The notes below the pieces were generated by a model, which saw only the letters and a list, made by a program, of their open reading frames with translations, was not told the DNA's origin and made no database searches. The position numbers were made by a program, and so were the translations under genes. A stretch of DNA of 63,811 nucleotides, filler included, from Dicyema japonicum (taxonomy: Eukaryota > Animalia > Dicyemida): the NCBI GenBank assembly GCA_011109175.1. It is 11 parts of 11 records of this genome, joined end to end, with 100 filler letters (N's around TTAATTAATTAA, not from the genome) between each part and the next. Parts side by side here need not be neighbours in the genome. Positions count along the whole stretch, not along the records: positions 1 to 27,616 come from RDEW01000031.1; 10 more parts are not named here. One strand, written 5' to 3'. Position 1 is the first letter of the stretch. Each line of letters opens with the position of its first letter. This document shows, one piece after another, positions 13,604-26,220 of this stretch.

Positions 13604-16530
13604 TCAGGTAGTTGCCGCCCTCACTGCGTGGCTGTTCCCTCTCAAAATTGCGAGCGAAATTCGCTCAAATAGCCAGCGGCGCTCACGGAGATCTCCAGTG
13701 CATGAGGTGATCCGGTTTCCAAGACGTCCGAAAAACTCGAGTGTAGAGGGGGAGTAGGATCAGGAAGTCTCCATAGCAAGGGGAACAAATTTGACATCAT
13801 CGGGAAGGTCGACGTATTTAACGAGTTTGGCCTTCTCCGCCTTTACGGATGCTGAACAGGCCCTTGTAGCACTCTCGTGAAGATTTTTCTGTGCGAACGT
13901 GTCTGTACATGTCACATCCCAAACCAGTGGTTTCCCGGCCTCAAATGGAAATATGGTCATCCCGTCCGGTCGTTTCCCGTCACTTCTTCATAACCCGACC
14001 GGTTCAAGAATAGCCGAGTATCCAGCAGCATCCATAGCTCGCCTGACAATTTATTCAGAGCCTTGTGTTTTGGGGATCTGCCAGCGCTCCTCCTTCAGGC
14101 GAGAGGGTGCAGGCCATAGCAGTCTATCAGGATGCCACATCGGCACGGGTGAGGTACACATACTTTTAGTCCCAGCCGCAGAGAGATACCAGTTCTAACG
14201 CATTCATCATCCAGAAAAGTGCCCAAAGCTCCATTGGGGATGGCGTTTAGCCAAGCTCCGCTCTCAGGGAGAGCCCCCGAAAGCAAACAAGCGCGTCGGT
14301 GCTGATTGGCAGATTCCAGTAGGAGTCCAAATGATTTCCAGCATAATAAGTTGTCCAGGTTTCACTGGCGATCTTGGGAAGGAGGCAGGGGGAGGTTGGT
14401 GGCATTCCAGGCTTCTCGTGCGTGGATTATCTCTTGGTCAGTTGAGAATTCGGGTGGGGAGTGTAGAATCCTCCTGACCAAAGGTTCGCAGGCCGTGAGT
14501 GATGATAAATGAGCGGGAAGTGAGACGTCCAAAGTTCGACGGATTCAAAGACCCCCGAATCTAACTGGGAGTGTAGCCTGCATTCATGTATCATCTTCAA
14601 ATCGGACATTAAATATTTGCTCCGTCGAGCTGAGGAGAGACAAATCAAAATTCTCGAGCAGCTCCAGTTGAGAATAATATGGAGCTGTCCTTAGTAGATA
14701 GGAGATTCTCTGGATGTTGAGACTTCTTTTCAATAGGAATAGTGCTGTGTGCAAGTCCAGCAGCTGTAATCTTTCCAGCGAATCGCATAGGAGTCGTTTT
14801 TTGTCAAGGAGGACATGCTTCATCGCATTACTAGTGATCGGGGATCCAAGAAAAATCAATTCATTTTCAGGGGTCGAAATCCCACCGGGAAACAAGGAGT
14901 AAAATTCTTGAACAATTGAAGAGAAGTCATCGTCAGCAAGACGACAGTTTGTTATTTCACATTTCGTTATATTCAACTGAAGACCTACCTCGGACAGCGC
15001 GGGGGTGAGTACTTCTAAATCCTGGAAGACCGTTTCCGGGGGACCTCCTAAGACAGCGTCATCGAGGTACCAGATGTTGAGTGGGCATCTAGAGAGCTTC
15101 GTGATCCTCTCAATGCCGAGGGAGAACAGCAGTGGTCCGAGGGGGTCGCCCTGTTGGACACCTGAGGACGATGGAACTATGAAATCCCCGTGCAATAGTG
15201 ATGAAGGTTTTCCGTATGAATAATTGACCAGTTCAAATATGTACGGACATCTTTCCTTGCAGGCCTCCAGAATGCAGTCTCTTCTTAAGCTGTTAAAAGC
15301 GTTCTTGATGTCCAGTTTTACCATAATGTGCCTTTTAAAGTCTTGAATGCTGCTGTTCCTGAATCTTCTGACGGAGTGAACGGCTGCCTCACATCCAAGA
15401 CGAACTCCGACTCCAACTTGACTGGGAAGTAAGGATTTTGACAAGATTGACGTAGAAAATCTGGAAGCAATCTTGGCTGCTAGTCTTCTGAAAGTGAATC
15501 CGACCGCGATCGGGCGGATTCCACCTCCCTTCTTGTCGACGGCAATCAGACTAGCCGAAAACAAGATATGACGTATCAAATCAGGCAAATGTCCAGATAA
15601 TATCCTGTTCATAAGAGAAGTGAGTGAGTATGAAAGACGACTTGCTTGGTCTCCAATAGTCGGTGAAATAAGGTCTTTAAGATGGCCGGGCCTTAAGCCA
15701 TCGAGACCTCCACAGCTACTTGGTGCAAAGTTCCATAACGCCGTGATGACATCCTCAGGCGACGTGGTCAAAGGGGTCGCTTCTGATGGGGGCGAGCAAT
15801 GGCGTAGGTCATTCGGAGAGGGTGGATGTTTCCCCAATAGCGTCTTGTAAGTATCAATGGTTGGATTGCGTGGTCCATCTGAGAGTGAGAGGGCCTTCAA
15901 TGCGGATCGGGTTCCTCCTTCAAGCAACTTCGATCGTACGGTCTTTCTTAGGCGAAGAATCTCCGTTTCCCGAGTTGAACTCCGAGTCTCAGTTGAACGG
16001 ATGCAGAAGGACGTGAGGTCCGTAAAGTGAGTTCCATCCATAAATGCGCGGATGTTGTTCTTCATCTCAATCGAGAGAGACTCCTTCCCATTGCGATCTC
16101 TAGAGGAGCCAAGAGCGAAAGGAGCAAAATTAAACAAACGTATCCAGTCGTTTATAGAGTCGGAGCGGAGTGCATCGTCGATTGCTTTGGTTAAGGCTTC
16201 GGCAGCTAGGGGGCGGGCTGCTTTAGGGATCTTCACCGGGATACTCCTCGATGACCGGCGTTCATTGATAATTTTGAGCAGCGAATCTGGATCCAAATGG
16301 GAAAGGTCTTCCCCGGAGGTACATGCACTCGCGTGACCATTAGGAAACCCCGAACCAATTCCAAGGCACGAGCGGCAGTGCCATACCCCAAGAGCACGGA
16401 TAGAGGCCTGAGAGAGCTTCAAACACCCGAGGTGAAAGAAGACTCCACAGGCAGAACAAGAAATTCCAAACTTTCTCAAATTGCTCATGTTGCAGGCAGA
16501 GCAATTAGACGATAACTTTTCGAGTAACAT
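13604..16530 (-). mobile_element. Near full-length CRE-like non-LTR retrotransposon: PHD finger, reverse transcriptase, CCHC knuckle and restriction-like endonuclease
   Basis: Open 648-aa ORF 16530-14584 with C4HC3 PHD at 16366-16503 and RT motifs GIRPIAVG, KLDIKNAFNS, GVQQGDPLGPLLF, WYLDD. The downstream frame, with six TGA and one frameshift, gives CxC..H..C..H, KRPDG, WDVTC, ETS and RGNSH, and ends at TGA 13604-13606. Confidence 0.9.
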
Positions 16531-17884
16531 TCCACTGAATCAACAATAGGCGAAAATCAAGAATAGGAGAATAGTCTCAATAGGCGAAAATAGTCTTTAA
16601 TCTTTAATTAAAATAATAAATTGAATTTTAAATTAACACTAATAAATATCTCAAATTTTTATTCCACAAGACTAACTCTTTTCAAAGCACTTGTGTGGTA
16701 AATAAATTTTTATTAGACGAGGTCATGGCCAATATTCCACTAAAAACGAACCCTGATAACTTATGCAGATGACATACCCCAGGCCTCACTAGGTCTAGAT
16801 TTTCATGTTGCCACATCAAGATTGTAGCAATTCCCGTCTTAACAATTGGTTAAAGGAGCTTTGTAAAATCAGTCAATACGTCCTTCATTCCTGGCAGTAA
16901 ACCAAGCAGACAAACGGTAGAGTTAAAGCCGGATAATACAGAATTCCTACCAGAAAATTCCGTACTCTCATTCAATATTCACGTGTTTTCCCAGTTTTTC
17001 AAAAATGTGATCCAGTTCTGTCTTAATAAAAAAAGTAGGTANTTCCTACCAGAAAATCCCGTACTCTCATTCAATATTCACGTGTTTTCCCAGTTTTTCA
17101 AAAATGTGATCCAGTCCTGTCTTAATAAAAAAAGTTGGAAGAACCATCCATATGCTTTCTGGGGACCATTCACCTATTGGGAGATCGCGTCCGCGTAAAA
17201 AAAAGCATACAAAGTAACGAAACAGTGGATTTCCTAAAAAAAACCCCATCAATAATACTTATAAAAGGTGCAAGGTGTCTTTTTTTCGAACAGTTCATTT
17301 TCCAGTATGTCTTTGTATAGGTTCAAGAGAGGACACTGAGGATACTGTTGAAACGTTTGACGGTTAGTAATAACACCTGCTTCGCAAAGATTCTTGACTC
17401 TTTGCCTTCTTCATTTCTTAGAGTCTTCATTGGATCCAGTTGGTCGAAACCCTCTAGTTGAATAAAGAAGAGGGAGATTCTTTGTAGAAATAGGCATCTC
17501 AAAGTCAGATGGGTCCAATTTCACCTCCCTTTTCCTTACTCCACTGGAGGGTTTCCCACAATGGTAAATATGATTGGACGTAATTTTGGATTAACGAGTG
17601 ACGTTGTCATCAGTGATTCATCGATGCGGAACCGGATTGTTTCAGGGACTCACATTCGAGCTGAAAGATAAAAAGTTATGGACACTTTCAACACCTTGGA
17701 TTAATTAGCATAACTTCATAAATAAAGTGAGTTCTGTCTTAGTTGAGAAGAGCCATTACAAGGCAAAAGTGCTTACAAAGGAAAGTGTTTATTTAGACAC
17801 CGACAGATGTAGGCCTTAACAGAATGATAAGTAGTCACCAAAAATAGTAAAGACGGGCAAATAATAACACCAGAGACCACAATT

Positions 17885-18140
17885 GCACAAACTAACTAAT
17901 CATGTGATCCTAGCACGCTCTAGCAGGGATCTCAATTTGGTTCCATTCTCCTCTCTCGACCGCACACAAACACATATCGGTCGAGTGATTGGATCTTCGC
18001 ATTCCCGACGGCGGGTTCCATGGTTCAGTCGTATCATGACTTCAAGAGGCATTGGTGGCTGGGAGTTTCCAGAAATCCAGCGTTCCGTGATTTTGGAGGC
18101 ATGTTTTCGACTAGCCTCGATCTTCAAAACATTTATCCAA
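17885..18140 (-). mobile_element. LINE 3' end with TTAG-type tail
   Basis: RTE-like C-terminal remnant (RWISG...IRLNHGTRRR) followed by GATTAGTTAGTTTG on the minus strand. Confidence 0.4.
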
Positions 18141-18585
18141 GAGATGAATGGGCCCCAATCATTAATATCAGTTTAAATTAGTAAATAGCTTAAGAGACGT
18201 TATATTCATCAAAATTGCTAAAACTCAGTCTCATTATCTCGTCCCTTATTATTTTTGAGGTCAATTAATTCTTTTCTCTACTCGGATTCTAAGTTAAAAT
18301 TTTAGATTTAATGGATCAATCATGAATGGATAATTTCTACTAACCTCATTAAGTTTGTAAAAACCAAACTCAGTAGTTATTCAGATTTCGTCGATTCTTC
18401 GACGGATGGAGTGGAATTTTTTCAAGATTTCCGATGATACCCACAACATTCGATAATATCAATTTCAGTAATAGAACGATCGCCGACTCTCCGATCGTAT
18501 AGGAATCGTCTGTTTTCGCGACCAGTTCAGATTTTTTATAGGAGGTTTCCAATCCATCTAAAAAATTAAATAAAAATGCTAACTA

Positions 18586-18830
18586 TTAGTTTGTAATGTA
18601 TGTTATTTGTATTTTTTGATTGTAGGAGTGTCGAAATAGTTCTCCATATTTTTTCAAAGTAGACAGTATGTCAAGATTAGACAAATGCTTGCTTCGTAAA
18701 TGTTTCAATGGTCTTGATAATTTCATTGGCTTATTTGACAAAGTAATATTGCATATTAGGCAGTACGGCCTTGTTTCATCGACGGGACTTGGAATAAACA
18801 AAAATAATAACAATCAGCTTTGATAATTAC
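18586..18830 (-). mobile_element. hAT Buster-like BED zinc-finger remnant
   Basis: RPYCLICNITLSNKPMKLSRPLKHLRSKH, similar to the BED finger at 10.7 kb. Confidence 0.65.
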
Positions 18831-19046
18831 GGGCTGAAGTCAACATGGATAAATTTATTTCACACTTCTTAATTCACACTTCTTCTAAAAATGTAAGTTA
18901 TTAAATTTTTATTTAATTAAATATAATTTTTTAATTTTTTTTACTTTTCGTTAATACTTTCGTTCTATATAAAAATTTAAGAATCAATAATGAAAAATCC
19001 CAACGCAAATTTGGGCGACCGTCCAGGTTGAAACCATTGCCTAGAC

Positions 19047-19545
19047 CAGTGGTTTTCAACGAGGGGCGAATCGTCCCTTGTGGGCGATGCTCCTCGAAGA
19101 GCTCATTGTAATGAAAAATAAAAGACGGATAAATAATCGAGTCTTATATTATTTATATATTTTTTATATTATATTTCATTTAAAATTATTAGCGTGATTT
19201 TTATACTTTGTGATGAGTCTTGTTTAAAAAAAAGTTAGAACCTATAAATATTTATTAATATTTTTTTTGAATTAAAAAATAATTATGAAAACAAAAACAC
19301 TTTACCTTCTTTTTTAATAAAAGTATTTTTCAAAATGTTTCTGGACTATATTATTTATACAAAGTTGCAGAGATAATTGCAAAAACTGGTTATTTTCGAT
19401 AGCAGAGAGTGTTATTCCCTCGTGTTTAGATTCATTTATTCACGAATTTATACAAAAAGATTCTTCAATCATACTGAAGACCATCCCATTAAGCAATGAT
19501 ACAATAAAAAGGGGAATTGATGAAATGTCTAATGACATTGAAAAA
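19047..19545 (+). mobile_element. hAT Buster-like element remnant
   Basis: Terminus CAGTGGTTTTCAAC preceded by GCCTAGAC. Transposase remnant ILKTIPLSNDTIKRGIDEMSNDIE near 19470-19545. Confidence 0.65.
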
Positions 19546-21174
19546 TCTCTAATTTATGTAAAAACTTGTATCTATTTACCACTATAAATAACACCCAATA
19601 AGATTAAGTAGCATAAAATGTCATGGCAACCAATAGTTTCCCCCAAAGGTAGTCCTAGTTTTCTCGATTTCCATAAGTAGAGATCAATTCCACTCCGTCA
19701 GATCCCTTCTACTAAGTTTTCATGTTGATCACGTGGCAATAATGAATTTGTACTTTAAATTTCCTCAACTTGTTAGCTCGTCAGTACTCCATATTCAACT
19801 TGTTAAACAAGTTGTTAGGGTCGAGTGTCTTGCTTGAGAGAATAACTGAACAATCTTTCAGACTGCAGTATTAAGTACCAATAAGACAAAGTTTTGCTTG
19901 TTTAACTGCAAGTGTTGTCTGCAAAGTCTCTATCAAGGTGAATGAGCACTCTGTGAGACTGATTTGCTGAGAGACCATCCAAATCGTTAAAAAAATCTAT
20001 AAAATAAACATGTTAAGACTTCCAGTGCTTCAGAAATATGTGAGAGGGCGAACCCCTTGCTGTTCACGTTCATTGATGCTATGGAATGAGAGATATAGTA
20101 AACATGTTGAAGAAATTGAGTTCAGAAGCTTTTCGTCAAATAATGCTTTTATAGCATGAGAACTTGACCTCTTGAATTGAACCTTAGTAAAGATGTCCAT
20201 TACATTACTTAAATGACTAAAGAAATACAACCTGCCTTGTCGAACCAATCGGGGTTTCTCTTCGTCAGTTTATGAGATTGAGTGGCTTGTTCGAGTTTTA
20301 GTAATTTCACTAAAAGTCACTATAATCAAATAAAGTAGAAGTCATAAAAAAGTGGCATTGGAATTATAAATAAGCTATTTTCAATGAATTGAATAATTTT
20401 CGAACAAAAATAAGCAACAACGTATTATTAAATTTTCAATCAATTTTCTAACATGCTAAAATAGTGTACTTGTAATATTTAAAGGTTTTTCAATCAATTT
20501 AATAATATAGTAAAATTGTATATTTGTGAGCTTTAAGTTGTTTTCACCAATAAAACAACGAGAAAGCTAAAAGATTATCTTCAATAAATTTAATAACATT
20601 TCAACAAAATGAATAATGCAATATTTTCCGATCAAATGAATAATACTAGTGAAATATTACTTTTTAGTTTCATCACTTCAATATCAGTAATGGCTAAGTA
20701 TATATGTCCAATACCCAATTTGTGCTCAAAGACTCCTCAGAGCTAGCATTCTTCACGTGTATTCGTTTCATCCATTTTATAAATGTAGTCAACTCAATAA
20801 TAGTCCCAGCAAAAATTGAAGAAAGATGCCGCACGAATGACTTTCCTTGCAAACACATTTCTTCCATAAACATCCAAATTATGAGAATTGCAAATAATTA
20901 AGACACTTACTTTGATTTCAACGCCATCTATCGCTGTCAACTAGACATTAGTAGACCATAAAATACGTAGGTCGATTAGCTAGTAAAAATATTATTTCGG
21001 CACTTTTTTCAATTTCCTTAGCATAGTAATATAAACAGAATCTGCGGATAACTAAATTAAAATTGTCAGTTCAGTTCCGTTTGTATGAGATCTTTAATGT
21101 CCATCCATGGAAGCCAGATCCTCGTATTTGACTTTTGCAAACTAAGTAATGATCAAAATTAAATTATTCCAAAA

Positions 21175-21360
21175 ACCAAATGTAACCAAACTAACTGCTT
21201 GATCCTGACTCGTTCTAGCGCTCCAGAACTTGTCTCCAAAGAAACGACATTGGAAGAATAACTGGATCGTCTTGATGCCAGCCAGGCATTGGACGTCTCC
21301 TCATGAGGTGGATCCAATGACGCCAGGGAAAGGAAAATAATTTACGACCAACTAACCACA
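21175..21360 (-). mobile_element. LINE 3' end homologous to 2072-2340
   Basis: Shared nucleotide blocks (TCCTTGATCCTGAC/TGCTTGATCCTGAC, GCCAGGCATTGG, GGATCCAATGACGCCA) and a TTAG-like tail. Confidence 0.45.
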
Positions 21361-23489
21361 TAGCACCACCACATGATACCACGGAGTCAATAAGTAATTA
21401 TTTAAAAAATTTAAATAAAATTTAATTAAAAATTCTCTTAAAAAATAATAAAATTACAAATAATTGAAATTTAGAAAAAATAAAATATTTTACCTTAATC
21501 TAAATTGTACGGGACCAAGCTTAGAGTTGGTACATATTGTCTTTAGCGTTGTTGGAACTTTCTTTCTTGACAACAGAATGGATCCACATTTGGTCTCTCG
21601 AGGCAATAACGCAAGTCTTCATTCTAATACATTCCCATCAAATATACAAATCATCAAATATAGTCCTCTTGAATTCACCGACCGCGTGATTATGCTGAGA
21701 ATGTTTACAAGAATAGTATATTATTTTTGGAAAATTAACATCGTTCGGAGTACCAAGTAATCTGGTAATGTATTTAAGTTGTAAAGCAACTAAGATCAGC
21801 AAAGCAGAGATAAAGTTTTCCCGGTCCCGGTGTGGATTTCTAAAAGTCCGTTTGTATTCTTCCACAAAAAATAAGACATACATTTTTCAGAAACTCAGCA
21901 ACAAATAAAATCTTTACTTCTACACGGGCGTGAATGTTATCTGTGGGGCATATAGAGTGTAAGGGAAGTGAATTTCAATCCCATTAATCGTTGTTATATT
22001 CTATTTTAATTCAATCTACGATTAAAAATTAGGACTCCATATCAATTTAAAAATTTCCTTGTTGACTTTTAAAAAATAATATTTAATTTTTAATTTAAAA
22101 TATTTATTTTAGTTTTCTTTTAATTTTTATAAAAATGTATACCAAAAAGGATCATTATCTCTTTTCTACTAAGCTGGATCATTTTTTGATGAGTCTCCAA
22201 AACTGTGATTCTGGATGGACTTTTGGTTGAAGGACTTTTCGCAACTACGACTATGGGACAATAGACATAATTATTTGATTATTTTTAACTTTTATCTATT
22301 GGATATATCGAATAAATTAATTCTTTAGTTGAGATTATGTAGTAATTTGGATTTTATAGTCTAATTCTGATAATAAGAGAGACAACTAGTCTAGAAATAA
22401 CATGTAATAAATATTATTTTTTTGTGGCTATAGAACTTAGGGAGCCGTAGGATTCCTCATTGTGCCCTTTCTGAAAGAAACGAAGAGTTGAGAAAAATTA
22501 CCCTGCGAATCATTCTGACTAAGACAACGAATCGAGATTATTTTAGTTAAAAATAAAATATTAAACACCTGTAGATTACTATCATTTTTATTTCACGTTT
22601 GAAATTATCACAGTTTACATTAAAACCTATTTAAAAAAAGGCCGCTTGTCGACATGTTGTGTTATACGGCTAGTTAGTTAAAATATTAAACACCTGTAGA
22701 TTACTATCATTTTTATTTCACGTTTGAAATTATCACAGTTTACATTAAAACCTATTTAAAAAAAGGCCGCTTGTCGACATGTTGTGTTATACGGCTAGTT
22801 AGTTAAAATTTATTTTCCGTCCCTCTGATGCTGTTATTGAATCCACCTTATTAAGAAAATTCCAATTCCTCATCGGCATCAAAAGAATCCAACTTTTCTT
22901 TCACCGGCAACAATATCATTAGTTAATATGTGAATTAAATGTCTTTCATAAAAATTTATTAACGTTTGGTCGTATGCTGTTATTTGACTAGGTGGTCATA
23001 TTGATGTGGCATTGCATTCTCAGATAAACACGTTGTCTTGAAAAGAAAACAAATAAGAAAAATAAAGGCAAATAAGAAAATATATAAACGTTGCCGGATC
23101 GGTTCACATTCTTCTTAATGATAGTTAGACAATTAGAAATATAAGAAAGGAAATTGCTTCGTTTCCTATCTAAACTTGGACGTCTAGCTACAATAAAAAG
23201 CCCCTAAACACCTGAGAATCGGGGGCATCTCAAGTCTGAATTACGATAGCCAAAAGCAATTCAACTTCGATTATATCGGCGAGGATCATTTTAGAGTGAA
23301 TTTTGTGTTTTTTGAACAGAAATATATTTAATTTAAAAAATTACAGCAAATCTATATTTATTCCAATATTATTACTTCTAATCATCTCAATTTCTTCGCC
23401 ATCGATAAATTTTAGTCAAGACAAGCATCGGAAACATAAACATATTGAATGTGTATGTGTAACCGCCCAACTCTTGCCCCACAGAATTC

Positions 23490-25065
23490 AGGTTCTTCTT
23501 GTCAGACATCGACAAATCAAAAAATATGTTACTTCGTGGAAACCTAAATGCAAAGCATCCGACATGGTTCAAACCAACTATGCGATGTCAGAGGAAACCA
23601 ATTGTTATCGAATCTGGATGACCTGATAATATTAAACAACCCTACATTCAATACAAGAACTCCATACAGAGCAAATGACAGTACATTGTCTTCCGATCTC
23701 ACTTTCCTCACCAACCATCGCAACATTAACAAAATGGACAGTGCTATACGAGACCAGCAGTGACCACAATCCCGTTATGATTACGTTTGAAGGAAGAGTG
23801 TCAATTGTAAAGAAACCTGTTTATTTACCGACTACAAAAATGTCGAGTGGAAAAATTTCTCAAATTTTATCGACTATTATCTACTTAACTTTCATTTATC
23901 CAATTTCAACTCCATCGATAAAGCACTACACTATTTTAATAGAGTGGTACGCGAGGGAATGAAAATTTGAATTAAAAGAAGGCCACTTACCTCAAGAAAG
24001 AATTCTTACCCCAGATCCGATCCACTCATGAAGGAAAGAAATTACCTCAACTCTATGTTTATAAAAAAAGAATACCCAGCTCTTGGATCTGGACTATTAA
24101 TACCAATGCAAAAACCTAACAAGCATGCTGGGTCTGTTGAAAACCTACGTCCAATAATTTTGCTTAACACCTTAAGTAAACTTCTGGCATTAGTTATGAT
24201 GAACCGAATCAGATAACAAGTGGACAACTATCTATCCCTTAATCACAATGAATTCTGGACAGGGAGATCCACTGCAGATGTAGTATGGAGCCACAAGTGG
24301 CGCTGCGCTATCAACCAGAGATTTGAACGTGCAACAACAGTCCTGGGAATAGACCTTCTAGGGCCTTTGACACGGCCTCGTGTTCTATTTCGTGTTAGAT
24401 AGCAACACTCTGATTATATTGACAGAATCTGGGTCCAAGAACTGTTTAGTATCTTGAGAAATAGACCACGAGGCCGTGTCAAAAGCCCTAGAAGGTCTAT
24501 TCCCAGGACTGTTGACACGAAGACGTGAATTTACGTGCAATGTTGGTACTCCCCAGGGAGATTCCCTCTCCCCCTGCTATTTGTCATATATCTGGAGGCG
24601 GCATTACGAGACCTTCGGAAGTTCTATGATGGCAACATCGTCGAAATTGCTTATGCGGACGACGTCGACTTCGTGTCAGAATACAAATCGGCTCTGCTTC
24701 GACTCCTCGAGCTGGCCCCTGCTGAGCTGAACCGATGGTTCCTTGAAATGAACATCGCAAAAACTGACATTGTGGAAATCAGAATGGAAAGCAGACCAAG
24801 TGAAACCTGGCGAAAAACAAACAAATTTGGCTCTTTACTTGGAGACAGTCAAGATTTTGCCAAAAGAAATGCCCTCGCTTGGGTAACGATGAACAAGTTG
24901 AAGAAAGAGTGGATTGGCAAACGACAATCCTGAACATCACTTCGTTTGAGACTGTATGAGGCATTTGTCAAGACGAGCTGGACGAGTTGAGGAAACTCTC
25001 CTACGATCGAGGAGGTTGGAAGAAGTTGGTTCGGAGGATTGTTTTGAATGCTGCACGAGTGAAAT
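23490..25065 (+). mobile_element. Decayed APE-type LINE sequence: Ingi-like endonuclease followed by RTE-like RT and C-terminus
   Basis: APE remnants (RGNQLLSNLDDLIILNNP, SSDLT, SSDHNP), then NLRPIILLN, GTPQGDSLS, YLEAALRDL, AYADDVDF and C-terminal DRGGWKKLV. Confidence 0.75.
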
Positions 25066-25439
25066 TATAACTATTATGATTTTACGAATGTTGTTTATAA
25101 TAATATAAACGTGATTTTTAGTTCAGCGATAATGGATGAAAATTGGCAAATAACCAAAAATAAAAACCGCGATACTCTCCAAATTGAGTGCCGCATGGAA
25201 CAACATTGTCACTAACGCTTTAAATTTTTTATCGTACTTAAACTACAAAAATTGAAATTGCTAAACTTTGTTCAAAAACGGAGCATTCAATACTAAAACT
25301 CTCGAGAATGTTTGACACAAGTATCGGAACAATCTCTAGAATCAAGAGAAACATTGTTCCATTCACAAAAAATGGACTGATTTATTCAAATGCAGAGACT
25401 TCAGAGTCAGTCACTAGATAAGCATAAAGTTTTGGATTT

Positions 25440-26220
25440 AAAGTGTTGGATGTATTTCAACACTACGAAAACAAAACGTTCCCATTTCCGGACCATTAAT
25501 CCAAAAAATCGGTATTATTGTAATTCCTAAAATCATTTTATTAGGACTGTAAGTCGAATCTAGAATCTTACTTCAAATTTATAAGGCTTCATACGGATGG
25601 CTAGAAAAAATAAATTAAATTTTTAATTCAATTTAATATCAAAATTGACGAATATGGAAAAAAAAGATTTTCAATTGCGACGAAACGTGTCTTTTTTTCG
25701 ACGTAGTCCAAAAAAATCTTTTATTCAAAACAATGAAGAATTATTTGGTTTCAAGCAGAGCAAAGAATAAATAACTGTCTTGCTCTGCTGCAGCTATACA
25801 GGATAAAAATTAGACCTTTTGATTGACGAAACGTGTCTTTTTTCCGACGTAGTCCAAAAAAATCTTTTATTCAAAACAATGAAAAATCATTTGGTTTCAA
25901 GCAGAGCAAAGAAAAAGTAACTGTCTAGCTCTGCTGCAGCTATACAGGAGAATAATTAGACCCTTTACTTATTGGAAAGTTTCATAATTTAAGGTGCTTT
26001 AGAATTTCTTCCCGTCAAACCATAATAATGTCTATTCTTCATCCAAAAATGCATGGATGACAAACTATGTATATAGATGTGGGCTTCATAGGATTAATGA
26101 ACATTTTCTATCACAAAATCTGAAAATTATTCTGCTATTGGACAATGTTGGGCCTTACAATAATCTTAAGAAAATTATTCTGCTATTGGATAATGCTCAC
26201 TGTATACTTTGAATCTGCTC
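25440..26220 (+). mobile_element. pogo/Tigger DNA transposase remnant
   Basis: CENP-B-type NVPISGPLIQ and FKASYGWL, DDE region DETCLFFRRSP..KQSKE.ITVLLCC, NAWMT and LLLDNAH. Contains a local ~135 bp duplication. Confidence 0.7.

Noticed and set aside
13760-14586. Genome-wide UGA reassignment explaining the six TGA codons
   Set aside because: The TGAs replace different residues (W, G, R, C, D), a frameshift lies among them, and no in-frame TGA was needed in the intact host genes I parsed.
21638-21883. 81-aa minus-strand ORF as a host gene
   Set aside because: No recognisable motif or supporting exon structure.
22635-22805. Helitron 3' end (GCCG...CGGC-TAG|T), duplicated
   Set aside because: The hairpin is weak, there is no 5' end or Rep/Hel remnant, and the duplication is probably an assembly overlap.
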